32,023 nt of DNA, taken from the NCBI GenBank assembly GCA_947585525.1, contig CANPXA010000001.1, positions 1-32,023 of the forward strand, given 5' to 3'. Both the position numbers and the translations under genes were made by a program. Shown in pieces: positions 17,699-28,500 of the stretch. This DNA is from an uncultured Akkermansia sp. (GTDB taxonomy: Bacteria; Verrucomicrobiota; Verrucomicrobiia; Verrucomicrobiales; Akkermansiaceae). Position 1 is the first letter of the stretch. Each line of letters starts with the position of its first letter. Under the pieces are notes generated by a model, which had not been told where the DNA came from, did not search any database, and saw only the letters and a program-made list of their open reading frames with translations.

Positions 17699-20122
17699 TC
17701 AGGAGGCAGTGAGATCAGCGGGAAGGTAGTGGATCTGGCGAATGACTCTTGCCCAGCGCATAAAAGCGTCCTCTCTTCGTTTGTCGCTCGGTTGATTGGG
17801 GACGGCTGCTGCGGCCCATCGGGATACTTTTTCCGCTAGGTCGGCCGCTTCGCTGTAGTTTTCCATCTGCAAAAGCCGGTACACAGCGCCGGCTCCGGCG
17901 TAATAGTACATAAAGCGACAGGTCTCGCTTGCCGTGCCCCCCGCGTGATTCTCGTCGTTCATCACGTCAAGGTAGTCCTGCAGAGCCGTATCGTTGCGGG
18001 AGGCGCGGGTGCAGAGTGCGGCGTGTTGCAGACGTGCCCTCGTGAGCCAGACGTGTGGAAGCTGCGGAATGGAAAAGATGTTCTCACAAGCGGAAATCGC
18101 GCGCGTCAGGGCGTCTTTCTCGGAGGAATAGCTCAAGGAGTCGACCAGCACACTGTAATAAGCGGCCTGTTGCTCAGCCGGGAGATGGGCAACATCGAGA
18201 CCGGCCAGCAGGGAGAAGGCCTCGCCCATCCGGTTGATGCGAGAGAGCACACTGGCCCTCTCGATGGTAGCCACAGCGGAGAGGGAGCTGTCCTGGCGCA
18301 CGCAGTCGGCGAAGAGTCGGGAGGCGTGCTGCAGGGAAGGAAGGGTGCCGCAGCGTTCACATTCGCGACCGGCGTAGAGAAGCGAGGTGGCCTTTTTTTC
18401 TCCGGGAGGTTGAAGGAGGGAAAGCTCCAGGAGGATATCGCGGGCAAGAGCGTGCTTGCCGTGCAGCGATAAACGATCCGCCAGGTGAAGGGCGATGGCT
18501 TCCTTGCGCGCGGGTGTGGAAGCTTCCTCGTAAAGGCGCCGCAGCAACGAGTCGGCATCTGCCTGCTCCCCGTCCGGCAGGAGATCCGCCGCGAGTTCCA
18601 CGAGTGCGGCGTAATGCAGTTCCTGTTCATCCGTCCACTTCGCCCTCTCCTCCTTCGTGCAGCGGAGGAGCTTTTTGATGGCGGCGGAGGGGTCGTCCTT
18701 CATGGTGAGTCCCATTTCGGTCAGCATGACATTCGTGCGTTGTTCGTCAGAGGCTTGCAGGTTGAGGACCTCCTGCAACTCGCGGAGGGCTCGCTCTCTT
18801 TGGGAGGGAGGAAGAAGCTGCGCGTGCGCCAGGAGGACAGCTCTGCGTGATCGCTGTTCCATGGGCGTGTTAAGAAGTTGTTCGCATAACTGAGAGTTCC
18901 CGGCATTCATGGCGCAGATGAGAGCGTTGACCAAGGCCGGTGTGCGCAAGGACTCATCCGCCGTCTCTGCACTGCGGAGGAAAGTTTCCGCTGCGTAGGA
19001 ATCGCCCAGCTCCGTGCTCTGCGCCTTGAGGAAAAGCTCCCGAGCATCATCGTTTTCCCCTCCGTTAAGACTGTTGAGAAGGGCGTGGTAGGGGAGGGTT
19101 TGACTCACGTCACCGTGAGCGAGCAGGTAACGGATGTGCTCTTGGAGGATGGCACGGGTTGCCGGCTCGCCGGGGAGTTCAGCTGCTGCCAGGTTGGCCA
19201 GGGATGAGGTGTCTCTACCCTGTGCGTGGTGCAGACGCATCATGGCGAGTATGGCGAGAGCCGCCCGATGGGGGTGAGATGTGTCCTCCATCCATTCCTG
19301 AAGTTTTTCGCGGGTATACTCGCTTTTTTCGATAGAACCGTGCGCGTGCAGACGTCGGAATGCTTCCTCCAACAGGGGAGAATCAGCGTTGGCTGAAATA
19401 AATTGCAGAAGGGTTTCTTCTCCCTTACCGACATCTTCTTCCGTCTCCTCTGCACCGGGAATTTCATTTTCGGGCTGAGGGTTGGTCTCTTCCTTATCGT
19501 AGTAGAGTTCGGCCAAGGCGAGGCGAACGCGTTGGCGCATGGTAGCAGAGAGTGTGGAATCATTCTCCAGAACGCGAGCGCGTTCAATTCCTTCGTTAAA
19601 ATTGCCTTCATGGCGCAGGGCGTGGATGCCGAGCAGCTTAACGAGAGGTTGGAGTTCCGGGTTCTGTTCCGCCTTCGCGCGCAGGCGGTCAAAGTCCGTG
19701 AGGTCAGAGACGGAGGAGTAACGCAACTGTTGCTCCACCAGACAGGCGAGGGCGAGGGATGCTACCTGTTCATCTTTGCACTGGGAGAGTTCTCCGGCTA
19801 TCGCCGCCATATCCAGCTCCGGACACAACTGCGCACAGTACAAGAGGCCGCGAGCTGCATAGGGGAAAAGGGCGTGCTGCGGAGACACCGTGCGGAGATA
19901 GACCGAGGCCTCTCGCGGCCGCTTCAACTCCAGGAGAATTCTCCCCATCCAGAAGGCGTATTCCGGGCTTTGGGCAGAGGCAGGCTCAGAGGTCGAGAGG
20001 ACTCGGAGAGCCTGCAGCGGCTCACCTTTGCGCAGAAGTTGTTCTGCCTCATACACGGTGTCTCCGTACGCTGCGCAGAGAAAACCCGACAGAAGCAGGG
20101 CTGTGATCCGGGTTGCTTTCAT
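17699..20122 (-). CDS. Secreted TPR-like helical repeat protein
   Basis: 807 aa, signal peptide, Ala/Leu-rich helical repeats (FWMGRILLELKRPREA, LALAELYY, LYAGRE); ATGA overlap with the M23 gene. Confidence 0.75.
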   Translation of the reverse strand: MKATRITALLLSGFLCAAYGDTVYEAEQLLRKGEPLQALRVLSTSEPASAQSPEYAFWMGRILLELKRPREASVYLRTVSPQHALFPYAARGLLYCAQLCPELDMAAIAGELSQCKDEQVASLALACLVEQQLRYSSVSDLTDFDRLRAKAEQNPELQPLVKLLGIHALRHEGNFNEGIERARVLENDSTLSATMRQRVRLALAELYYDKEETNPQPENEIPGAEETEEDVGKGEETLLQFISANADSPLLEEAFRRLHAHGSIEKSEYTREKLQEWMEDTSHPHRAALAILAMMRLHHAQGRDTSSLANLAAAELPGEPATRAILQEHIRYLLAHGDVSQTLPYHALLNSLNGGENDDARELFLKAQSTELGDSYAAETFLRSAETADESLRTPALVNALICAMNAGNSQLCEQLLNTPMEQRSRRAVLLAHAQLLPPSQRERALRELQEVLNLQASDEQRTNVMLTEMGLTMKDDPSAAIKKLLRCTKEERAKWTDEQELHYAALVELAADLLPDGEQADADSLLRRLYEEASTPARKEAIALHLADRLSLHGKHALARDILLELSLLQPPGEKKATSLLYAGRECERCGTLPSLQHASRLFADCVRQDSSLSAVATIERASVLSRINRMGEAFSLLAGLDVAHLPAEQQAAYYSVLVDSLSYSSEKDALTRAISACENIFSIPQLPHVWLTRARLQHAALCTRASRNDTALQDYLDVMNDENHAGGTASETCRFMYYYAGAGAVYRLLQMENYSEAADLAEKVSRWAAAAVPNQPSDKRREDAFMRWARVIRQIHYLPADLTAS

Positions 20123-21177
20123 GGTGTCGGGGAGGGAGGAGGAGACGTGGTTTTCTGACGGAAGAATTGATCGACGTAGCGACGACCGGAAACCGTGAGC
20201 GAGGCGTCAACGCTGCTGTTTTTGACGCGGTTCATGGTGACGTTCTGCTGGGGTGTCGGGAAGGGGAGGCAGCGGATGACTTTCGGTTCACCGGTCTTTT
20301 CCTGAGAAGGATAAAAACCGAGCGGTATTCCCTCCCGGCTGAACGATATATCCATGGATGACGTCTGTGGGGTCACGTGCCCCCGCAGCAGAAAGGGATG
20401 GCGCTTGAGGATGTCCAACGGCTCGCCGTTGTAGGGAACTCGAACGCGGTAGTGTTCCTTCAAGGTCTCCCAATGTCGAGCTATCGAGACAGGTCTGCCC
20501 TCGTAGCCCTCCCGCAGCAAGGGAGAGGGATCGATCCCAACGAGGTTGAGTCCATTGAAGAGACCGTGTTTGTTGTTCGGCGGGCAGAAAGTGTCGTACG
20601 CGGAATTGATCATGAGGCAGACCTCAAGATGCACGTGAGAGCGTTCCCTGTTGATACCGGCTCCGCTGTGTCCCATGCGACCCAGCACGTTACCGTTGCC
20701 AATTTTTTGACCGATGGAGCAACGGATCTCGGCCAGGTGGGCGTACAGGCTGTAGATAATTCCCTCCGGCACGGCGTGAGCGACGACCACGTAGCGTCCG
20801 TAGTTGCTCAACCCGGGCTTTCCGTTCACGTACGCCACGACCCCCGGTGCGATCGGGTGCACCTCGTCCAGCGGCTCTCCCTGAGCATCGCGCCGCATGG
20901 GCTTGATGTCGATTCCTTCGTGTAGCCGACCGTATAGGATGGAGCCGTCCGACGCGCGGAAGGGGTTACGCACCATACCGTAGCCGCCGGCCTCCCAGGG
21001 CTTGCTCTTCACTCCCTCAAACGTGCGGTCGCAGTACATCAAAAAATCCTCTCCTCTTCCATCGACCAAAGCGTGGTTTCCCGTGGGGAATCGGTACACG
21101 AGATCAACCCCGCCTGCGGAGAGCGTCCACACCCCTCCGAGCAGCGCACACAACTGGATGAGCTTCCCTCGCATCAC
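20119..21177 (-). CDS. M23 family metallopeptidase
   Basis: HEGIDI (HxxxD), YG..VVV.H, YAHL, GRMGHSG, HVHLEV (HxH); signal peptide. Confidence 0.9.
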   Translation of the reverse strand: MMRGKLIQLCALLGGVWTLSAGGVDLVYRFPTGNHALVDGRGEDFLMYCDRTFEGVKSKPWEAGGYGMVRNPFRASDGSILYGRLHEGIDIKPMRRDAQGEPLDEVHPIAPGVVAYVNGKPGLSNYGRYVVVAHAVPEGIIYSLYAHLAEIRCSIGQKIGNGNVLGRMGHSGAGINRERSHVHLEVCLMINSAYDTFCPPNNKHGLFNGLNLVGIDPSPLLREGYEGRPVSIARHWETLKEHYRVRVPYNGEPLDILKRHPFLLRGHVTPQTSSMDISFSREGIPLGFYPSQEKTGEPKVIRCLPFPTPQQNVTMNRVKNSSVDASLTVSGRRYVDQFFRQKTTSPPPSPTP

Positions 21178-21755
21178 GAGCCGCTGGAAAAGATCTCCCC
21201 GATCACTCGTCCGGTGTGGTCCTTCTTCTGGTTCCTGTCATCCCTCTTTAACTTGGGCAGAGGACGCGGATTCTTCTTCTTGAAGCGTTTCTTTTCCATC
21301 TCCGGATTTTCCGGTTTGATGTCGCGGGCTATTTGCTTCAGGTCGTAACCGTTCAGCCCGTTCCATATCACGAGTTTTCCGTCTGTGATCGGTCCGTCAA
21401 TGCGCAAAGGCTGGAACGCCAGACCGTTCACCACCGGCAGTATCAGCATTCCCTGTCGGTTGATTGTCGCAGAATACAAGCGGTTCACCCATTCCTTCTT
21501 CAAGGTGAATACCACCCCGTAGCTCCCATCCTGCATGCTCATGAATGAGTGGAAAGAGGCTATGTTTCCATGCGTCACGATCGGCATTCTCGTGTACGGT
21601 CTTCCGTTGTACATCAGAATGAATTTTGTGCTCGTTCCTTCCGTGCTATCCGCCTCCGACAGGAAGAATATCGGGTAAGGCTTCTGTTGGCAGGCGCTCA
21701 ATGCCAGCAATACCACGCTCATCAGTATTCCGTAAACTTGTCTCGCTCTCTTCAT
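21174..21755 (-). CDS. Hypothetical lipoprotein (possible SecD P1-head-like fold)
   Basis: Lipobox LSAC after start MKRARQ (21755); GVVFTL...RLYSAT....G..IL..VNG.....RIDGPITDGKL loosely recalls the SecD periplasmic head; ATGA overlap with the M23 gene. Confidence 0.7.
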   Translation of the reverse strand: MKRARQVYGILMSVVLLALSACQQKPYPIFFLSEADSTEGTSTKFILMYNGRPYTRMPIVTHGNIASFHSFMSMQDGSYGVVFTLKKEWVNRLYSATINRQGMLILPVVNGLAFQPLRIDGPITDGKLVIWNGLNGYDLKQIARDIKPENPEMEKKRFKKKNPRPLPKLKRDDRNQKKDHTGRVIGEIFSSGS

Positions 21756-21769
21756 AGGCTCTCCTTCCC

Positions 21770-21797
21770 ATCCTACCACACTCCTCCCAACCGTCAA
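21770..21797 (-). promoter_or_regulatory. Putative sigma70 promoter of lipoprotein-M23-TPR operon
   Basis: TTGACG (21797-21792), 16 nt ending TGTGG, TAGGAT (21775-21770); GAAGGAG before ATG. Confidence 0.65.
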
Positions 21798-21818
21798 GTC
21801 AAATAGGATACGCACCCA

Positions 21819-22070
21819 GGGCAAACGCGTTTGAAATGCGTTTGCCTATTTACGATTTACAAGACGCCCGACGGTCCCGTATAGGGCGCACGCATAGCAG
21901 GCGGTCTGGGCGGTTGGACAAAATGCGTGAGCATTTTGCCCGCAGGGCGCTGAGGCAGTGTGGTTCCGAAGCTCTCTGTTGATGCACTTCTCTTAAATGC
22001 GTTTACCCTGGAAACGCACTGGGACAAACGCATTTGAAAATGCGGACACCCATTTACGATTTGCGATTTG
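21819..22070. repeat. Modular palindromic intergenic element (two left-type arms)
   Basis: GGCAAACGCGTTT-G-AAATGCGTTTGCC + ATTTACG ATTTACA; GGACAAAATGC..GCATTTTGCCC (21916-21941); 33-nt block shared with 14081-14113; second arm 22021-22070. Confidence 0.85.
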
Positions 22071-22526
22071 TTCTTCATCTACGCAATGAACACATTATTA
22101 ACAAATGATTCGTAAAAATCAAAGCATCTTCATACGTGTATCCCCCGTCCGCGATGAAGTAAATTCCTTCTTCTTTATATTCTTTTTGAAGATGAAATTC
22201 ATTGAATTTCAGTCGATATCTGTATCTAAACAAAGGGAATTGCGTATCTCTTTTCGAAGGAGATACGCAAGCAAAAAAATGCACAACATTGAAAAAAGTT
22301 TCATTGGAAAACTATTCGTTTGTAAAAAAGGTCAATCGACCTTGCTGTTATTGTCCGAGCATGTTGTTCATATTTGTTTTATTTTGAGCGAATAACAGAT
22401 TTTCTAACAGCTCATCTCTTTCGAAAAGAGATATACTGTCGGAATAAAGGGAGTGCGATGTCGTGTCGATGCGCTGCATCGTGCTTTCGAAATCGTTTCA
22501 GTTTACTTTTCCATTCTTTTCTAGCA

Positions 22527-25500
22527 ATGAAACTCCACTTACCTTCGGGATTCCGCAAGGCGCTGATGGCATGCCTTGCAGCGGTAGCTTTGCCGACTAC
22601 ATTTCCTTCCACCTTTGGTTCAGCTTCCGGCATAGCAGCGATGATGTTCCTGTTCACGAGTCAACGCGTGGCGGCGAATTTCGGTCCGGCTGATGTTTCG
22701 TATAGTTCTAGAGATTACGAGGATAATGTGAGCATTGACGGCGATACAGATCTGGTTATTAAAAGGGGGACACAAGTTGATCAAAACAAATTGCATGTGA
22801 TGGGAGGGAGTGACGCTAATCTGAAGATAACGGCAGAAGACACTTCAGAAGGGCGAATTTACATCCTGGATGGTGGCGGTTTTAAGACGTTTCAATCGAT
22901 CTGGCTGAGTCAGGGAAATTATGAAATTTATTCCAACGATGGACAATATGCCATAGACACAACGCTCCGGAGCTTGTACGTGGCGGGAGACAATGCCCAT
23001 CTGACGTTCAAGCGGTATGCCGGCGATGCTGAAGGGTATTTTGGAGAACACAAACTCGGAGCGGATTTCTATATTGGACGGACAACTTCGACAGTAGGCG
23101 ATGACGATGTCGGAAAGGTATTTAACTTAAAACTTGAGTCGGGAATCACGGTGGAGACGAGCGGTTCTCTGACAGTACAGGATGCTTTTGGTTACATCTG
23201 TCTGGCGAATGAGGACGGTAATAAAAAAGCAGCTCGCCTCGCCTTTGACGGGAGTGTCAGCGGTGCCACCTTGAGGCTTGATTCAGGGGCGAGAGATAAT
23301 GTCAAGGCAGCTGGTACACTCTACCTGGGAACAGGCGGCGAATTAACGGAGACGCTCCAGCTTTTTGACAAGGCAACCGTCGTTCTGGGCAACGGTTCCA
23401 CTTTAAAGGTGGGTTCTTTTAACTCGCAGTGGACTTCCGGTACGATAACGACGGAAAATGATGAGACTGCCACACTGGAGATCACCAAGGGTGCGGGTAT
23501 GAACGTTGGGTTGTTGAGCATAGGTGCTGGCGTTACTCTTAAGATGAATGCTACTGCCGACGATGGCAAGCAGATACTAGCAGCAGCGAATCCCGCTTCC
23601 CAAAATTCCTCGAGTCTCAACGGGAACCTGTGGATTGTACGAGGCACGCTTGAACTGCAGGGCTCTGATTCGGATTACACCATTGGCGGAAACATACAGA
23701 TTGACGGCGGCATGCTTCAATTTGATAAAAGCACGACCGTAGTCGGGGGTATCAGGTACAACGTGGAAAGCAATTCAGCTTTTAGTTATACCTCAGGGAT
23801 CACGGTAAAAGGGAACTGGGACATTCAAAAAGGGGTGGCAGAGGACGCGATGTCTCACATGGTATTTGGAGATGCCATCACATTGGATGGGAACATAATT
23901 CTCTCAAACAATTCAGTCGTGCAGTTTGGCAACGAAAGCGGAGCCGCTTCCACTGTCAAAGGAAAGATCACCGATGCCGAGGGAAGCTACGGCGAAGTGT
24001 GGGTGGAAAACGTTGGCGTCAATTTTGACGATGTTGTTGAGTTGAAGGGAGCCCTCCGCTTCGGTTGGGGTGGCTTTATTAGTCTCAAAACAAAGCTGGT
24101 GGTCGGTTCTCTCCTTCTCGACAACGGCGACCACCAAACGACATTTGCAAGGGCGGCGGGCGTGGAGGAGGATGTGCAGGTGATTCTCAAACTCTCCGAG
24201 GAGGAGGGGCATTTGAGTAGACTAGGGCGCAATGGGGAGGGTGGTGCAGAAATTAGCTCCGGTGTTTTAACGTACAATGACCCCAATTTCCTCGGACTCT
24301 TCGGACAGGGTGTCGTCTTTGGTGTGGAGGGAGGGGGAAAAACACTTATCTTGCGAGGGGGTGGCACCACGGAGGGAGGTCTGACCATCGGCGAAGGCGC
24401 TACGTTGCAGCTGGACGGCGGAGACTCCGGCGCAGACTTTACCGTGGGCGGGAAAATTTCCGGCGATGGAACGCTCAGGATTGTGACAGGGAATGATGGA
24501 AAATACCTCACACTGAATGCGGGAGGCTCCATTGGATCAATTGAGATGAGCCGCTGGGGAGGACGGTTTAAAATCGGAGCAAATCTGACTGTGGGGGGCA
24601 TGACGGAGGATGCACCTGTGAACACAGACTACAACAGGAAGAGGTCGGTGGACAGCAGTGACGAGGCGGACCATTCGTTCATTCTGGACGTGGCGCAGGG
24701 CAATCACAGCGTGGAGAAAGTGCAGTTCGACGAACGCATCAACATTGTCAAGAGAGGGAATGGGAAACAGACGTTCAGGGAGGCAACGGTCGGCGGTGAT
24801 GTGACGGTGGAAGCCGGTGAGTTGGCATTCAGTGCGACAGAAGAGATGACCATCGGCGGCGCTGTGAGCATCTCAGGGGGAACGATGAGCTGGAGCGGCG
24901 GAACCCTGACGGTCACCGGGCAGCTCTCGTCAAGCGATGGAGGAACGCTTTCTGTGGCGTATGGTGAAAACACCAAGTTGACGCTCACCGGCGGGGTAGG
25001 AACCGCCCTCTCCCTGACACTCACGGGGCTCACGTACAATGTCGTTGATGGCGACGGCTGGGCCTTGTTCGGCGAATCGTGGAATGACGAATGGAAAGGC
25101 AAGATCACGGTGAACGGCTCTGTGGTGAATGAGGGACAACGGTACAAACTCAAGATTGATGACAGCACGCATCACATTGTCCTGGGGGACGAAATAGAGG
25201 TGCAGAGTCTCACGTGGACAAGCAGTAGCGCGGAGGACACGCTCAACTGGAGCGGGAGTAGTGAGTGGGATGGAAGCAAAACCTTTGAGGACTACGATGG
25301 AGTGACCCTTGCAGGGGGCTCCACAGGCGGCAAGGTGCAGCTGAGCATGGATGTCATCGCCGACAGCCTGACCGTAACGGGCAGCAACAATGCCGTCGTT
25401 ACCCTCCTGGGAACAGGCACGCTCAACGTGGACGGTGAGTTGCAGGTGGAAAGGGGAGCCACACTCTCCGTCGGCGGCAACGTGACATTGCAATTCGGGT

Positions 25501-28500
25501 CTGTCGGCGAATCAGGCTTAGAAGGGAAATTGGAGGTGACGGCGGACGGCGTCATCAAGCCCACAGACGGAGCCACGATTACCTCCCTCAACGGCGCAGG
25601 AGGGACCATCGATCTCTCCGCGCTGAGCGGCGAACAGGAGAATGACAAGACCTTCACCGTCACCACCCTGACGTTTACCTCCGAAACGACGACCACGGTG
25701 AGTCTCGGTGATTCCGGCGTGTTGAGCACGAGCGCGCAGGTGAACGGCAGCGGGGCGGATTTGATTATCGACACCGGCACGGAGGAACACGGCGGTGGAA
25801 CCCTTGGACTTAAGATGACCGGAGGCGGCACGCTGGGCAGCCTCCAATGCAAAGGGGAATCAAGCGGGGTGTATGTGACGGCTGAGCTCAATGGAGAATG
25901 GACCTTGGAGAAGGAGAGCAACTTGGGAAGCTTGCAAATGAATTCCGAAACCAATCTGACGCTCATCCTAGGAGACACATTCTCCCTCAACGGTTTTGGC
26001 GCCGTAGCTTGGGGCACAGGAGGAACGAAGCTGGAAATTCTGGCTGACAGGGACAATGTGGACTTTGTCTATGACAGCAAGTTTTCCAACAGGGACGTTT
26101 GGCTTAATAAGGACTCAGGTTCGTTTGTGATAGGTGACGAAACGCATTCTGTCGATTTCATCGTGAAGCATATCCGGGATGACAACTTCACAGGATTCGG
26201 CATGCACACTTTCAGTCTGACTGGGAATCTTGAAATACAAAAAGGTAAACTTCAATTTTATTCTGTAGCGGAAGGGACGATAAAGGGAGAACTTTCAGGC
26301 GCGGGAACATTAAGCTTAACGGAATCAAATTTTACTATCGGGACTGTCAACGGCGCCGGCAGCATCGGTACACTTGAGTTTCGCGGCTCGGACGGTGGAG
26401 CTACAACTACGGTGAAGCTCGTCGGCGACCTGACCGTGAAATCGGTCACTAAAACTCATGATTCACACAATATTGACGGTCAAGGCATCCTTCAGAGAGC
26501 GGGGGAGGCAATGGCAGCGAACGTTTACCTGCTGATCGACACGGGGGCGGAGGTAACGGAGGAAACAATCAATGTGTTTGAGGAGAGGTACGCTGCGGTG
26601 CAGAGGTTCGAAGCTAACACGGGCATGGGCAAGGCGGGTAGCGGGGAATTGAAATTGAGTGCGGAGGAAGGAGCCGAGACGATGGCGACACCGTTCAAGT
26701 TAGCGGCGGGGACACTGACGTGGACGGGAGGGACGCAGGAGATGAGCGACTTTACGGCTGTGAGCGGCACAACGCTGAAAGTGACGGGCGGCAATTTGCA
26801 GCTTGGTACGTTCAGTGGTGAACTCACAAGCTTGAACCTGTCGGGAAGAGGAGTTCTCACGGCAGGTGGAGGCGTGTTGACGGTCGGTAGCATCGAGGTG
26901 TCGGGTACGGACGCGAGATTGGAAATTGATGCGGCCGGTCGTGCTCAGATCAAATTGGTATCCGCCGGAATAATCAGTAACGACGGAGGGAAACTAACAA
27001 TCGACGTGCAGAACGTGTCCGGCGCGCACTACCAGTTGTTCGATCTTGGGGATGCCGCGCCGGATTGGTGGACTGAATGGTACAGACAATACAGGCAGTA
27101 TGTGAACATCGTCGCGGGTAACGTGAGCGGTGTATGCCTCAATGAGGACGGAAGCATCGACATCATGCCGGGTGATGGAGTGACATGGGTTGGCGGCGGA
27201 GATAACAACACGTGGAGCAACGAATCCGATGCCGAGTGGAAGCCGAACCTTCAGCCCAACGAGCAGCATGTGCATTTCGTGAAGGACACGGAGGGAGAAA
27301 AACACGAGGGAACGGTGCGAATCGAGGGCTCCGTGACTCCCCGCAGCGTGTACATCGACGGTGGAACGTACACCTTCGTGAACGCGGAGAATGAGGGGGG
27401 CCTGGACATCGCGGAGGGCGGGATGCTGCAGGTGTCGGAGGGGGCAACACTGCACCTCAACCTCAAGAACTCGAGCATTCCGACCGTGGATCTACAGGGC
27501 ACGCTGGGCCTCGGACATGCGGAGGCTCTGCCGACGAGCGGTACCAAACTGCAATTCAACGGAGGTGTCTTGCTGTACGATACGGAGGGTGTCGCCACGG
27601 ACGTGAGTTCCCTCGTGAATCGTGAGAACAGCACAGGAGACGTGAGGGTGCGGGTGGAAGATGCTGTGGGAGGAGTGGTCTGGGGCAGCAGGAATTCGGC
27701 AGCAAACAGCGGCGTCGGTCTCGCGTTGGACAGCGGGCTGGACAAGAGCGGCACAGGCAACTTCACTCTCGCGTGGAAAGATGACGGCAAGACCGAGCAC
27801 GGGGGAAAGGTCACTGTGGAGGAGGGCATACTCACTCTCGATGTGGCGGCGAACAGCAATGCTCAACTCACCGGCGGAGTCGAGGTGGACGGCAAGGGAG
27901 AGCTGGCATTGCAGGTCGGCTCCGGTTCGCTTTCTCTGAGCGGCGATGTCAGTGGGGACGGCAAGTTGTCGGTGAGTCAAGGAGCGGTCTCGCTGAGCGG
28001 CAACAACACGATCAAGCAGATTGAACTGGGGAACGGTACCACCACGACCATCAACGGCGATAACGCCTTGGGTGGGAACGACACCACCCTCATCCTCTCC
28101 GGCGGAACGATTGCTGCCTCTTCTGCAGCGCAGGTGCAGGCGGGGAAAGTGACCGTGAACGCCGACACGACGCTTGACGGCGACATCACCCTGACCGGAA
28201 CCTTGGAGGGGAGCAGCTCCCTCACTGCAGCGGCAGGAAAAAATGTCTCGCTGAGCGGCGATATCGCGGGTTACACGGGTACGTTGGGGACAGAGGAAAA
28301 GAGTACGTGGAGTTTGAGCGGGAGAGCGATCGGTGCGGACGGCAGGTTGAATGTGAATCTCGGCGGGAAAGGAACCTTTGAGGTGCGTGGCGACAGTGAT
28401 GTCTTCCTCAGTGGCATACTCGGGCATGCCGGGGATTCCTTTACCTTGAAGAACGGCGGTGACGGTGAGCTCATTATCACGAGCAGCAATACGGATGCGA

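Noticed and set aside
22374-22526. N-terminal extension of the autotransporter in the ORF track
   Set aside because: Non-ATG start and promoter-like sequence; ATG 22527 gives a typical signal peptide.
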